A DNA stretch of 34,976 bases from Ramlibacter sp. (lineage in GTDB: Bacteria; Pseudomonadota; Gammaproteobacteria; Burkholderiales; Burkholderiaceae_C). Of this stretch, positions 8,111 to 18,359 are shown piece after piece. The translations under genes and the position numbers were made by a program. The stretch lies in contig DAIMZU010000001.1 in NCBI GenBank assembly GCA_036733845.1, positions 1 to 34,976 of the forward strand. The letters are read 5' to 3'. Below the pieces are notes generated by a model. That model saw nothing but the letters and a program-made list of their open reading frames with translations. It was not told the DNA's origin and ran no database searches. Positions within the stretch are counted from its first letter, which is position 1. Each line of letters opens with the position of its first letter.

Positions 8111-10224
8111 TGGCGCCCACGCTGCCTGCGGCGCTTGCCGCCCAACCCGATCCTGGCCTATGGCTGGCGTTCGACACGCCGGGGCGGGTGGTGGTGCGCA
8201 CCGGCAAGGTCGAACTGGGGCAAGGCCTGCTCACGGCCCTGGCCCAGCTCGTTGCCGACGCGCTGGGGGTCGAGACCGGCCAGGTGGACATGCAGCCGGC
8301 CTCCACGCATGGCGGGCCCAACGAGGGGTCGACCATCGGCAGCCTGTCCATCCAGCAATCCGGCCCCGTGATGTCCACCCTGGGCGCCATGGTCCGCGCG
8401 CGACTTTTGCAGGCAGCGGCCGTGGGGCTGGACGCGGATCTCGCCTCGCTGGCGGTACGTCGTGGCCAGGTACTGCGGCTGGAACGTGAAACCGGCTGGA
8501 GCTATTGGCGCCAGGGGCTCTCCTTGCTGAGTCAGCCGCTGGGTCCCGGTGATCCCGTGGCGCCGCCCATCTCCGATGGTAGTGTCGGCACCTCGGTTCC
8601 CCGGACGGACCTGCGGTCCAAGTTCGCGGGAGGGGCCTTCATCCACGACATGGAACTGCCAGGCATGTGCCATGGGGTCGTGCTGCGCCAGCCTGTGCGC
8701 GGCGCACGGATCGCCGCTTTCGACGAGGTCCTCTTCAGTCAGCGTGCGCCCCAGGCCCGCAGCCTGCGCCGCGGGGACTTCATGGCCTGCGTGGCTGCCG
8801 GAGAAGGCAAGGCGCGGGCCGCGCTGGAGACCCTGCGGGCCTGCGTCCGCTGGGATCTGCCCGAGGCCGAAGAGGTCGGCGACGACATCGCTGGCTGGCT
8901 CGCCCGGCAACCCGCCGTGGATTCGATCCTGCTGCCGCCCGCCCCGATGCCCGCCGGCGTGTCCGCCGAGCGCGTGTTCAAGGCCACGTGGACCCGCCCT
9001 TTCATCGCGCACGCCTCGATCGGGCTGAGTTGTGCTCTGGCATGGCTGGACAACGGCGTGCTGCGCGTGTGGACCCACAGCCAGGGGATCTTCGGGCTGC
9101 GCGACATGCTTGCAAGGGTGCTCGACCGTGACCCTGAGATGGTGCATGTGCACCATGTGGCGGGTGCGGGATGCTACGGGCACAACGGGGCGGACGACGT
9201 AGCGCTCGATGCCGCGCTGATCGCCTGTGCGTTCCCTGGTGAACCGGTGCGGGTGCAATGGTCGCGGGCGGAAGAGCTTCGGGAGGCTCCGCTCGGAGCC
9301 CCGATGGCCGTGAGCATCGAGGCAGCCCTGGACGACAACGGGCACATCGCAGCATGGAACACGCACATCCGCAGCACGAGCCACCAGATGCGTCCGGGTG
9401 TCGGCGGCACGCCGAATCTCCTGGCAGCCACCGCCGTTGATGCCGGATGGCAGCCGGCGCGCGACTCCGATGTGCCTGAAGAGCGCGGTGGCGGCGCCAC
9501 GCGAAGTGCGCGCCTGGTCTACGAGGCGGGCGCCCAGGGGCTCTCGCTGTCGCTGGTCACCAGTCCCGTGCGTACCTCGGCCCTGCGCGCCCTGGGAACC
9601 TTCGCGAACGTGTTCGCCATCGAAGGCACCATGGACGAACTCGCCCAGCGCGCGAGTTGCGATCCTGCGGATTTCCGGCGGCGCCATCTGCGCGATCCGC
9701 GTGGATTGGCGGTCCTCGACCGGGTGCTGCAGATGTCGGACTGGCAAGGACCCGGTCCGGCCGGAGAGGGCCAGGCGCGCGGAATCGGTCTGGGCCGCTA
9801 CAAGGGAACGGGCGCGTGGTGTGCCATCGTCGCCGATGTCGTGCTCGATGCAAACGTGGAAGTGCGCCGGATCTGGTGCGCGGTCGACGGGGGGCTGATC
9901 GTGAACCCCGATGGCGCCCGCAACCAGGTCGAGGGCGGTATCGTCCAGACGATCAGCTGGACGACACTGGAGTCCACGCACTTCGAAGGCAGCCGGCCCT
10001 CGCCAGAAGGGTGGGACACCTATCCCATCCTTCGCTTCTCGGCGGTGCCGGTGATGCAAACGGATTTCGTCGGGCCGCAGGATGGCCCGTCGCTGGGGCT
10101 GGGCGAAGCCACCCAGGGTCCCGCCGCGGCGGCCATTGCCAATGCAGTTTCGCGGGCCCTTGGCCAGCGAGTCACCGATCTTCCCATCTCACGCGAGCGG
10201 TTGATGCAGCTGCTTGCGAACTAG
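8107..10224 (+). CDS. Molybdopterin-binding large subunit (IorB/NicB-like molybdo-hydroxylase or aldehyde oxidoreductase)
   Basis: 705 aa, ATGA overlap with the upstream stop. Motifs TGKVELGQG, GCYGHNGADD, SALRALG, NPDGARNQVEGG and GLGEATQGP. Confidence 0.9.
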   Translation: MMAPTLPAALAAQPDPGLWLAFDTPGRVVVRTGKVELGQGLLTALAQLVADALGVETGQVDMQPASTHGGPNEGSTIGSLSIQQSGPVMSTLGAMVRARLLQAAAVGLDADLASLAVRRGQVLRLERETGWSYWRQGLSLLSQPLGPGDPVAPPISDGSVGTSVPRTDLRSKFAGGAFIHDMELPGMCHGVVLRQPVRGARIAAFDEVLFSQRAPQARSLRRGDFMACVAAGEGKARAALETLRACVRWDLPEAEEVGDDIAGWLARQPAVDSILLPPAPMPAGVSAERVFKATWTRPFIAHASIGLSCALAWLDNGVLRVWTHSQGIFGLRDMLARVLDRDPEMVHVHHVAGAGCYGHNGADDVALDAALIACAFPGEPVRVQWSRAEELREAPLGAPMAVSIEAALDDNGHIAAWNTHIRSTSHQMRPGVGGTPNLLAATAVDAGWQPARDSDVPEERGGGATRSARLVYEAGAQGLSLSLVTSPVRTSALRALGTFANVFAIEGTMDELAQRASCDPADFRRRHLRDPRGLAVLDRVLQMSDWQGPGPAGEGQARGIGLGRYKGTGAWCAIVADVVLDANVEVRRIWCAVDGGLIVNPDGARNQVEGGIVQTISWTTLESTHFEGSRPSPEGWDTYPILRFSAVPVMQTDFVGPQDGPSLGLGEATQGPAAAAIANAVSRALGQRVTDLPISRERLMQLLAN

Positions 10225-10321
10225 CGCCAGCGGGCATACCGTCCATGGCGGTGATTCCATTTCAGTCTAGGTTTTTCCAATGTCAACAACTCGCCGGTGA
10301 CCGGCCTCAAGGAGACAAGCA

Positions 10322-11293
10322 ATGAAGTTCCTCACTCACCTCTTGGCGGGCGTTCTTTGCAGCATCGCGCCGTTCGCGGCCACGGCGCAAGCGTTTCCCG
10401 ACCGTCCCATCCGGTTGATCGTGCCATTCCCGGCGGGCGGCCCGGCTGACAGCATTGCCCGCCACCTCGGCAAGTCACTCACGGATACGCTCAAGCAGCC
10501 GGTGGTGATCGAGAACCGCGCCGGCGCCGGAGGCGTGATCGGGCTCGACGTCGTCGCCAAGGCCAAGCCGGACGGCTACACGCTGGGGATCGGGTCCATC
10601 GCCAACATGGGGATCAATGTGTCTCTCATGGAAAAGCTCCCCTATGACGCCCGCAAGGACTTCACTCCCATCAGCAATGGCGGCATGACGACCGGGATCA
10701 TCCTGGCGCACGCAGGCGTGCCGTTCTCCGACTTTCCGGGCTTGATCGCCTACGCGAAGGCCAACCCCGGGAAACTCGGGTACGCGACGGCTGGCATCGG
10801 ATCCGTCGGCCACATGGTGGGGCTCGCGCTGGAGCAGGAAACCGGTGCGAAGATGTCGCATGTCCCGTACCGGGGCACCGGTCCCGCTGCGCAGGACCTG
10901 CTTGCCGGCGTGGTGCCGCTGTTCATCGAAACTTCATTGACCACCGCGATCCAGCACATGGGCAGCGGTCGGATCAAGCTGATTGTAGTCACCCGCAAGA
11001 ACCGGTCGCGCATGCTGCCCAACGTCCCGGGCATGGGTGAGTTCAACCTGCCGGCGATCGACAGCCCGGCGTGGTTCGGCGTGGTGGGCCCGGCCAACAT
11101 GCCGCCAGCGGTCGTGGCGCGCCTGAACGAAGCAGTGATCGCAGCACTCCGGCAACCCGAAACCGCCGAAATCTACGCGAACTTCGGTGCGGAACCGGCA
11201 CCCACCAGCCCGGCGGAGTTCGCATCCTTCATCGACCAGGAGATCCAGCGCTGGAGCCGAGTGGTCAAGGCTGCTAACCTGTCGCCGCAGTAA
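10322..11293 (+). CDS. Bug/TctC tripartite tricarboxylate transporter substrate-binding protein
   Basis: Signal peptide; FPDRPIRLIVPFPAGGPAD, ENRAGAGG, PDGYTL and HVPYRG motifs. Confidence 0.95.
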   Translation: MKFLTHLLAGVLCSIAPFAATAQAFPDRPIRLIVPFPAGGPADSIARHLGKSLTDTLKQPVVIENRAGAGGVIGLDVVAKAKPDGYTLGIGSIANMGINVSLMEKLPYDARKDFTPISNGGMTTGIILAHAGVPFSDFPGLIAYAKANPGKLGYATAGIGSVGHMVGLALEQETGAKMSHVPYRGTGPAAQDLLAGVVPLFIETSLTTAIQHMGSGRIKLIVVTRKNRSRMLPNVPGMGEFNLPAIDSPAWFGVVGPANMPPAVVARLNEAVIAALRQPETAEIYANFGAEPAPTSPAEFASFIDQEIQRWSRVVKAANLSPQ

Positions 11294-11311
11294 CGTCCAA
11301 GGACCCCACTC

Positions 11312-11758
11312 ATGCTACCCAAGCGAATCAACCTCAATGCCGTGCGCGATCGCATCGGCGTTGCCGACCCCCGCATGGTCGAGGAGGCTGGCAAGATCTA
11401 CGAAGACCTGATCGGCTTCGTTCCACCGCGCATCGAGGCGCGGCTGAACGTCACCGGCGCCCTCGACCCGAAGCTGGTCGAACTGCAGGAGCAGATGCGC
11501 GAGCATGCCATGTACCCGAAGAGCTTCGATGTGAAGACATCGCAGCTGATGCTGTTTGGCATGCTGATGATGGACGGCAGTGACGCCGCCGTCCTGCATG
11601 CCATGGCGGCCCGCCGCGCCGGCGCCAGCTGGCAGGAACTCCAGGACGTAATAAGCCTCTGTTTCCTGTTTCGCGGACTGTCTGCTGCCAACAAGGGTGC
11701 CGAGTTGCTGGCCAACCTGGCGGCCCGGGAAGCGGAGTCCGCGGCGAGCAAGGAATGA
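11312..11758 (+). CDS. Carboxymuconolactone decarboxylase / AhpD-like family protein
   Basis: 148 aa. FDVKTSQLMLFG...HAMAARRAGASWQELQDVI pattern; no CxxC. Confidence 0.8.
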   Translation: MLPKRINLNAVRDRIGVADPRMVEEAGKIYEDLIGFVPPRIEARLNVTGALDPKLVELQEQMREHAMYPKSFDVKTSQLMLFGMLMMDGSDAAVLHAMAARRAGASWQELQDVISLCFLFRGLSAANKGAELLANLAAREAESAASKE

Positions 11759-11865
11759 AGGCGTGAGCCCGCAGGGCCTGCATTAACTCTCAGCAGCGCC
11801 CTGAGGCGGCGCTTTCCTGGCGGTCGACGGTTTCCCTGCGAGCCTTTCGACCGGGCCGGGGTTGA

Positions 11866-12855
11866 TCAGTCCAGCTTCACGTTGGCGGCACGCACCACGC
11901 CCAGCCACTTGTTGCTTTCCTCGCGCATGAACTTCGCCAGGTCCTCGGGACTGCCGCCGGCCAGTTCGGCGCCGGAGGCGGCGAACTTGTCCCGGATTTC
12001 CTGGCGCTGGAGCGTGTTGTTCACGGCGGCATTGAGGACGCGGACCACCTCCGGCGGGGTGCCGGCCGGCGCCACGAGCGCGAACCAGGCGGTGGACTCG
12101 AGTCCACGGACCGTCTCGGCAATGGCCGGGATCTCCTTCATCGCCGGCACACGCTGCGCACTCGCCACGCCCAGGGCCCGCATCCGGTTGCCCTGTACGA
12201 AGGGCAGGGTGGAGGGAGAGTTGTCGAACATCACATGGATCTGCCCGCCCATGAGGTCGGTGGCTGCCGGCGAACTGCCGCGATAGGGCACATGGACCAG
12301 GTCGATGCCAGCGCGAGATTTCAGCAACTCCATGGTCAGGTGACTCGTTGTGCCGTTGCCCTGCGAGCCGTACGAGAGTCTGCCGGGGTTGGACTTGGCA
12401 TGCGCGATGAGTTCCGCAACCGACTTGAAAGGTTGCTGGGGGCCGGTCACCAGCATGATGGGCACCATGCCCAGCAAGGCCACCGGTGCGAAGTCACGCA
12501 TCGGATCATAGGACTGCTTGCTGTAGAGATGGTGGTTGATCGCGAGGGGGCCCGCTGTGGAAACCAGCAGCGTGTAGCCGTCGGCACGTGCGCGGGCAAC
12601 TGCCTCGGCGCCCACGTTGCCGCCCGCGCCGGCGCGGTTCTCCACCACCACTTGCTGCTTGAGTTCGCGCGCCATGCCTTCGGCCACGCTGCGCGCCACG
12701 ATGTCTGTCGTGCCACCGGGAGGGAAGGGCACGACCAGGGTTACTGGCTTGTCGGGAAAGGCCTGCGCGGCCGCCCCGACGGCGGTCAGGCACAGGGTGG
12801 CGGTAGCTGCCAAGGTGGTGAAGCGTCGCCGGGATACCGGGTTCGAGCGGGGCAT
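11866..12855 (-). CDS. Bug/TctC substrate-binding protein
   Basis: Start MPRSNPVSRRRF at 12855 (twin-Arg-like leader). FPDKPVTLVVPFPPGGTTD and HVPYRGS motifs. Confidence 0.95.
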   Translation of the reverse strand: MPRSNPVSRRRFTTLAATATLCLTAVGAAAQAFPDKPVTLVVPFPPGGTTDIVARSVAEGMARELKQQVVVENRAGAGGNVGAEAVARARADGYTLLVSTAGPLAINHHLYSKQSYDPMRDFAPVALLGMVPIMLVTGPQQPFKSVAELIAHAKSNPGRLSYGSQGNGTTSHLTMELLKSRAGIDLVHVPYRGSSPAATDLMGGQIHVMFDNSPSTLPFVQGNRMRALGVASAQRVPAMKEIPAIAETVRGLESTAWFALVAPAGTPPEVVRVLNAAVNNTLQRQEIRDKFAASGAELAGGSPEDLAKFMREESNKWLGVVRAANVKLD

Positions 12856-12889
12856 GGAGGTCTCCTCGGACAGGGGGAACGGGATGTGT

Positions 12890-13804
12890 TCAGTCATCGA
12901 AGCCATAGAGGCGCGCCGGGTTCCGGACCAGCACCTGGCGGCGCACCGTTTCGTCCGGAATCCAGCGCGGAAGAAGGTCGACCAGGTCTGCGTCGTTCGG
13001 CATGGGGCCGCGGTAGATCGGATGAGGCCAATTGGTGCCCCAGATGATCCGGTCGGGTCGGGCGGCCACGACGGCACGGATCATGGGCAGCATGTCGTCG
13101 TGGGGATAGGGCTGCGATGATGAGCGGTAAAGGCTCGCCAGCTTGACCCAGCACCGGTCAGTGTCCAGCAGGGACATCAAGGCCTTGAAGCCGGGGGCGT
13201 TCGTACCCTCCGAGCCGAGTACGTGGCCCAGGTGGTCCAGCACGAACGCGTTCGGTATGGCACGCAGCCGGGGGGCCAGTCCCACGAGTTCCTCGGAATG
13301 GTGCAGGTGCATGAGCAAATGCCACCCCAAGGCATGCGTTTCGCGGGCGAGGTCCTCCAGGTGCTCGAAGCGCGCGCCGCCGCGCACCACGCTGGAGATC
13401 CGGCAGCCGCGCATGCCGCCGGCGTGCAGGGCCTCGAGTGCAGCCTTGCCCAGGCCGGGGCGGATCACCGCGACGCCCCGCGACCGGCTGCCGAGCGCCT
13501 GCAAGGCGGCCATCGTCACCGAATTGTCGGTGCCGTGGGCGCCGCCATGAACGATGACGCACCGCTCGATCCCCAGCATGTCCAGCAGCGCACGGTAGTC
13601 GTCCACCGTGCAATCCTCGGGGGTATAGCTGCGTTCGGGCGAGAACGCGAACTGGGTGCGCGGGCCGAATACGTGAGCGTGGCAGTCCACCGTGCCCGAC
13701 GGCAACCGCAGCCGGGGCGCGCGCAGGCGCCTGTCCGGCCCCGCGCAGGGGGGCGCCTCTGGCGTGGGTGCGGTCAGTGCCGCAGGGGCGTCGTGCGTTG
13801 CCAT
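12890..13804 (-). CDS. Amidohydrolase_2 protein, LigI (2-pyrone-4,6-dicarboxylate lactonase)-like
   Basis: DCHAHVFGP, RSYTP, HGTDNS, VLDHLG, WVKL and WGTNWPHP motifs. Confidence 0.85.
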   Translation of the reverse strand: MATHDAPAALTAPTPEAPPCAGPDRRLRAPRLRLPSGTVDCHAHVFGPRTQFAFSPERSYTPEDCTVDDYRALLDMLGIERCVIVHGGAHGTDNSVTMAALQALGSRSRGVAVIRPGLGKAALEALHAGGMRGCRISSVVRGGARFEHLEDLARETHALGWHLLMHLHHSEELVGLAPRLRAIPNAFVLDHLGHVLGSEGTNAPGFKALMSLLDTDRCWVKLASLYRSSSQPYPHDDMLPMIRAVVAARPDRIIWGTNWPHPIYRGPMPNDADLVDLLPRWIPDETVRRQVLVRNPARLYGFDD

Positions 13805-14749
13805 CTAGCGCTTTCGCTCCAGTCTCACCAGCGGCGGGCGAGCGCCCTCAGCCTTCCCGGTGATGGGCGCCGGGGGAAGACTGTCGTCACCCGGGGTCAG
13901 GATGAAGCGGTGCTCGAGGGAGTACCAGCGGCCTTGAACATCGGGGTCGGGTGCAGGCTTGCCCTGCTGGTCGACGTAATGGCCCACGAGCGCTCGCGTC
14001 ACGCCGAACTGAACGTCGGTTTCAAGGTAGGGATCGTCGTTGGAGTAGAGCTGCGAGAACTGTGACTTGTAGCCCGTCTTGTGGATCAGGAAGTGAATGT
14101 GTGCCGGTCGCATGTTGTGCCTCCCCTGGGCCGCAATCAGCGCTCCCACGGGGCCCGTGACCGGAATGGGATACCCGGACGGCTTGACCGTTCGGAACCG
14201 CACGCAGCCCTGGCCGTCGCTCACGAATCGGCCGCGCAGGTTCATGTCAGCCTGCTGCGGGTCCTGGTTTTCGTAGTAGCCCTCGCCCGATGCCTGCCAG
14301 ACGTCCACGTCGGCATCCGGCACCGGCCGACCCTGCGCGTCCACGACCCAGATGGTCACGAACACCGGGTCTCCGGGTGTCGGCGAGCGGACGATGGACC
14401 CACCCGTGGGCGTCTGCGGAGCGCCCTGGCGCCAGAACGGACCCATCAGGTTGGCCGTGGTTTCCCCGGCTTCGCCGCCTGCGTTGTTCAACAGGCAGAC
14501 CAGGGCGGAGACACCCAGAGATCCGGCGGCCAGGACGACCTCGTTGTGCGAGGCGTTGGTGAGTTGTCCAGCCTTGGCGATGAGCCCGCAGATCTGCCGG
14601 AACTCCGGCTCGGTCAGTTCGGTGTCGCGAACGAAGGCGTGCAGGTGCTGCACCGCACTGGCGAGCAGGCGGCGCAGCCGCGGGTCGGGGGTACGCTCCA
14701 CCTCGGCAAGGACGGCGCGCGTGAGGTCAGAGGACGTCTGGACGGTCAT
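13805..14749 (-). CDS. Intradiol ring-cleavage dioxygenase (hydroxyquinol/catechol 1,2-dioxygenase family)
   Basis: N-terminal dimerisation region LHAFVRDTELTEPE. GPFW, VWQASGEGYYENQD, GYPIP and RPAHIHF supply the Tyr/Tyr/His/His Fe(III) ligands. Confidence 0.93.
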   Translation of the reverse strand: MTVQTSSDLTRAVLAEVERTPDPRLRRLLASAVQHLHAFVRDTELTEPEFRQICGLIAKAGQLTNASHNEVVLAAGSLGVSALVCLLNNAGGEAGETTANLMGPFWRQGAPQTPTGGSIVRSPTPGDPVFVTIWVVDAQGRPVPDADVDVWQASGEGYYENQDPQQADMNLRGRFVSDGQGCVRFRTVKPSGYPIPVTGPVGALIAAQGRHNMRPAHIHFLIHKTGYKSQFSQLYSNDDPYLETDVQFGVTRALVGHYVDQQGKPAPDPDVQGRWYSLEHRFILTPGDDSLPPAPITGKAEGARPPLVRLERKR

Positions 14750-14779
14750 CTGGAATTTCCCCAGGTGATGGACATGCCC

Positions 14780-15823
14780 CTAGGCTGCAGCCGCACTTCG
14801 TTCCTGGGCTTTCAGCAGGTCCAGCGCCACATCGACGATCATGTCTTCCTGTCCGCCCACCATCTTCCGGCGCCCAAGCTCGACCAGAATGTCGACGGTC
14901 TTGAGCTGGTACTTGCGCGCTGCAACCTCGGCGTGGCGCAGGAAGCTGGAATACACGCCCGCGTACCCGAGCGCCAGGGTTTCGCGGTCCACCCGCACCG
15001 GCCGGTCCTGTAGCGGACGCACGATGTCGTCAGCGGCGTCCATCAGGGTATAGAGATCGCAACCGTGGTTCCAGCCGAGGCGATCCGCGGCGGCGATGAA
15101 GACCTCCAGCGGCGCGTTGCCGGCGCCCGCGCCCATGCCCGCCAGGCTGGCGTCGATGCGGTCGCAGCCTTCTTCCACCGCGACGATGGAGTTGGCGCCC
15201 CCCAGGCTGAGGTTGTGATGGGCATGCATGCCCGTCTGCGTCTCGGGCTTGAGGGCGTCCTTGAAGGCGCGGAAGCGATCTCGCACGTCGTTCATGCCGA
15301 GGGCGCCGCCGGAGTCGACCACGTAGACGCAGGTGGCGCCGTAGCTCTCCATCAGCTTGGCTTGTTGCGCGAGTTTCTGGGGCGTCGACATGTGGCTCAT
15401 CATGAGGAAGCCAACCGGGTCCATGCCCAGTTCGCGCGCGTACTCCAGGTGCTGCCTGGAAACGTCGGCTTCCGTGCAGTGCGTCGCGACACGTACCACG
15501 CGGGCACCGGCATCATAGGCATTGCGCAGGTCATGGATGGTGCCGATTCCGGGCAGCAGCAGCGTTGCAATCCTGGCTCGTTTCACCGTCTCGGCTGCGG
15601 CGGCGATCCACTCCACGTCGGTGTGGGCGCCGAATCCGTAGTTGAAACTCGAGCCTTCCAGGCCGTCGCCGTGCGCCACTTCGAGGCTGTCCACGCCGGC
15701 CGCATCCAGCGCCGCGGCGATGGCGCGAACATTCGCTACGCTGTACTGATGGCGGATGGCGTGGCTGCCATCGCGCAAGGTCACGTCGCTGATGTACAGC
15801 TTCTTCCCAGGGTCGTGCGTCAT
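14780..15823 (-). CDS. dmpG: 4-hydroxy-2-oxovalerate aldolase
   Basis: [38 protein letters not shown] and GGQEDMIVD motifs. Confidence 0.97.
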   Translation of the reverse strand: MTHDPGKKLYISDVTLRDGSHAIRHQYSVANVRAIAAALDAAGVDSLEVAHGDGLEGSSFNYGFGAHTDVEWIAAAAETVKRARIATLLLPGIGTIHDLRNAYDAGARVVRVATHCTEADVSRQHLEYARELGMDPVGFLMMSHMSTPQKLAQQAKLMESYGATCVYVVDSGGALGMNDVRDRFRAFKDALKPETQTGMHAHHNLSLGGANSIVAVEEGCDRIDASLAGMGAGAGNAPLEVFIAAADRLGWNHGCDLYTLMDAADDIVRPLQDRPVRVDRETLALGYAGVYSSFLRHAEVAARKYQLKTVDILVELGRRKMVGGQEDMIVDVALDLLKAQERSAAAA

Positions 15824-16779
15824 GCGATCTCCTTCAGACCACGCGCCAGGCCGGCCTCACGCCGTCGCCGCGCCATCATCTCGCCGCAAGCGAGGGCGGC
15901 CGATGTCATGATGTCCAGGTTCCCCGCGTAGGCTGGCAGGTAATGCGCGGCGCCTTCGACCTCCAGGAAAACAGAGGTCTTGAGCCCGTGGCGCGGACCC
16001 ACGCCCGGCACGTTCAGCGGCGCTTCGGGGGGGATCACGTCGAACTGCACCTTCTGCTTCAGGCGATAGCCGGGCACATACCCCTGCACCGTCTCGACCA
16101 TGCGGGTGATGCTGTCTTCGACCGCAGCCGTGTCGGCGAGTTCAGACAGAACGAAGACGGTGTCGCGCATGATCAGCGGTGGCTCGGCCGGGTTCAGGAC
16201 GATGATCGCCTTGCCGCGCTGCGCTCCGCCCAGTTTTTCGATCGCGGCGCGCGTCGTCTCGGTGAACTCGTCGATGTTCGCCCGCGTGCCGGGGCCGGCG
16301 CTCTTGCTGGCGATCGAGGCCACGATCTCTCCGTAGTACACCTTGGCGACTCGCGACACCGCCGCCACGATGGGAATGGTCGCCTGGCCACCGCAGGTCA
16401 CCATGTTCATGTTGGGCGCGTTCTCGGCCTCCAGATTGATGGCCGGGATCACGTAGGGTCCCAGGGCGGCGGGAGTGAGATCGATCACCTGGATGCCGTG
16501 GGCCCGCAGCACCTGGTCGTGGTGCCGGTGCGCGCCTGCCGACGTGGCATCGAAGGCAATATCGATGTCCTTGAAAACCTCGAGCTCCAGCAGGCCCTCG
16601 ATTCCCTTGGCGGTCGTCGGGACGCCCAGGCGCTCGGCGCGGGCGAGGCCATCCGATGTCGGGTCCACGCCGACCATCGCACCCATTTCAAGGTGCTTGC
16701 CATTTCGCATGACCTTGATCATCAGGTCGGTGCCGATGTTGCCCGACCCGATGATCGCCACTTTCAGTTTGTCGTTCAT
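15820..16779 (-). CDS. dmpF: Acetaldehyde dehydrogenase (acylating)
   Basis: [39 protein letters not shown] and YAGNLDIMT motifs. Confidence 0.97.
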   Translation of the reverse strand: MNDKLKVAIIGSGNIGTDLMIKVMRNGKHLEMGAMVGVDPTSDGLARAERLGVPTTAKGIEGLLELEVFKDIDIAFDATSAGAHRHHDQVLRAHGIQVIDLTPAALGPYVIPAINLEAENAPNMNMVTCGGQATIPIVAAVSRVAKVYYGEIVASIASKSAGPGTRANIDEFTETTRAAIEKLGGAQRGKAIIVLNPAEPPLIMRDTVFVLSELADTAAVEDSITRMVETVQGYVPGYRLKQKVQFDVIPPEAPLNVPGVGPRHGLKTSVFLEVEGAAHYLPAYAGNLDIMTSAALACGEMMARRRREAGLARGLKEIA

Positions 16780-17565
16780 CTATGCCTCCTTGCGGGCACC
16801 GGTCTCGACGCGGAATCCCGCCTGCCCGAGGCCTTCCATGTCCACCGAAACGTACTGCCCGGGCTGGATCCACTCGGCCTGGGTGGCGCCGCCCGCCATC
16901 ACGATCCAGCCGGCTTGCAGCGGCTCGCCGGCGGCCGCGGACAGGCGTGCTGCCGCCACCAGCGACCGCAACGGATGCCCCAGGATCGACGCCGTCGATC
17001 CCACCTGCACCGCGCGCCCATCGATCGACAGGACGAGGCCCAGGTTGCCGAATTCCTGGCGCGGATCGTGCCAGTTGCCCAGCACGAAGCCGCTGGAGGA
17101 GGCGTTGTCGGCGATGACTTCAGGCAGTGAGAACTTGAAGTCCTTGTATCGCGAATCGATGATCTCCAGCGCCGGGGCGATCGCCTCCACGGCAGCCAGC
17201 GCCTGGGCGCCGGTCTCGCTTCCGTCCATCGCTTTCTTCAGGACGAAGGCGATCTCCGGTTCGACCCGCGGATGCACGTAGCCCTCGAAGCGCGTGCCAC
17301 CGCCTTCCTCGACCTTCATGGCATCCGTGAGCCGGCCCCAGATCAGGTCGCTCAACCCCATCTGGACCATCTTTGCGCGGCTGGTGAACCCCATCTTGAC
17401 ACCGACCCGCCGTTCCCCGCGTGACAGGCGCCGGGCAATCGATGCCTGCTGGATGGCATAGGCCTCGGACAGCGGGAGCTCCCCCTGCGGGTCGAACTGC
17501 GTAGCCTCCGTGGCGTGGCGCGCTGCATCGTCCAGCAATGCGGCGAGTTCTTCAATACGGTTCAT
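16780..17565 (-). CDS. dmpH: 4-oxalocrotonate decarboxylase (FAH family)
   Basis: GVKMGFTSRAKMVQMG, HPRVEPEIAF, IIDSRY and ADNASS motifs. Confidence 0.85.
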   Translation of the reverse strand: MNRIEELAALLDDAARHATEATQFDPQGELPLSEAYAIQQASIARRLSRGERRVGVKMGFTSRAKMVQMGLSDLIWGRLTDAMKVEEGGGTRFEGYVHPRVEPEIAFVLKKAMDGSETGAQALAAVEAIAPALEIIDSRYKDFKFSLPEVIADNASSSGFVLGNWHDPRQEFGNLGLVLSIDGRAVQVGSTASILGHPLRSLVAAARLSAAAGEPLQAGWIVMAGGATQAEWIQPGQYVSVDMEGLGQAGFRVETGARKEA

Positions 17566-18359
17566 GGCCGCACCTCCGCTTCAAAGACGGCCTTGACGCG
17601 CCCCAGGCCGTTGATGTGGGCATCGAACACGTCACCTGGCTGCACGGCGACCATCGGGCCCAGCGCTCCGGAGAGCACCAGGTCGCCTTCGCGCAATGGT
17701 GTTCCCAGCGCGGCCATCGTGCGGGCCAGCCATGTGACCGCGTTCAGCGGGTGGCCCAGGCAGGCCGCACCGGCGCCAGTCGAGACCGGTTCTCCCCGAC
17801 GCATCAGGGCCATCCCGCACAGGCGCATGTCGAACTCGCCCAGGCGGCGCGGACTTGCGCCGAGTACATACGCGGCCGATGAGGCATTGTCGGCCACGGT
17901 ATCGACGAACTTGATGTCCCAGCTGGCGATGCGGCTGCCGACGATCTCCAGCGCCGGCAGGGCGTAGGCGATGGCGTTCATGACGTCAACCTGCGCGGGC
18001 CGCTCCATGTCGAGATCGCGCCCCATCACGAAGGCGATCTCCGCCTCGATCTTGGGTTGCTGCAGCACGGAAAGCGGGACCGGCTCGCCGTCTCCATAAC
18101 CCATGTCGTCGAAGAGCGTTCCGAAATCCGGCTGGTCGACGCCGAGCTGGGCTTGCACCGCACGCGCCGTCAGACCGATCTTCCGCCCGACGATGCGCGC
18201 ACCGGCCTTCAGGCGCTCCTGCGTGTTGAGATGCTGGATTGCGTAGGCAGACTGTGCATCCAGGTCGGGATAACGGGCGCGCAAGGGCGGGATCCATTCC
18301 CCGCTCTGCGTCGCCTGCCGCAGGGCGAGTGCTGCTTCGGCATGTTGTCCGGGGGTCAT
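17562..18359 (-). CDS. mhpD: 2-keto-4-pentenoate hydratase
   Basis: Start MTPGQH at 18359. GRKIGLTARAVQAQLGVDQPDFG, QPKIEAEIAF and SGALGPMV motifs. Confidence 0.92.
   Translation of the reverse strand: MTPGQHAEAALALRQATQSGEWIPPLRARYPDLDAQSAYAIQHLNTQERLKAGARIVGRKIGLTARAVQAQLGVDQPDFGTLFDDMGYGDGEPVPLSVLQQPKIEAEIAFVMGRDLDMERPAQVDVMNAIAYALPALEIVGSRIASWDIKFVDTVADNASSAAYVLGASPRRLGEFDMRLCGMALMRRGEPVSTGAGAACLGHPLNAVTWLARTMAALGTPLREGDLVLSGALGPMVAVQPGDVFDAHINGLGRVKAVFEAEVRP

Noticed and set aside
8158..10059. 633-aa antisense ORF, and similar long antisense ORFs (15943-17130, 27129-28307, 30196-31311)
   Set aside because: Shadows of well-supported genes on the opposite strand, expected in high-GC DNA; no recognisable motifs.
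12890..13804. Amidohydrolase as an ACMSD-type decarboxylase (3-hydroxyanthranilate route)
   Set aside because: Its motifs (HGTDNS, WGTNWPHP) fit LigI-like lactonases, and there is no 3-hydroxyanthranilate dioxygenase or aminomuconate deaminase in the window.
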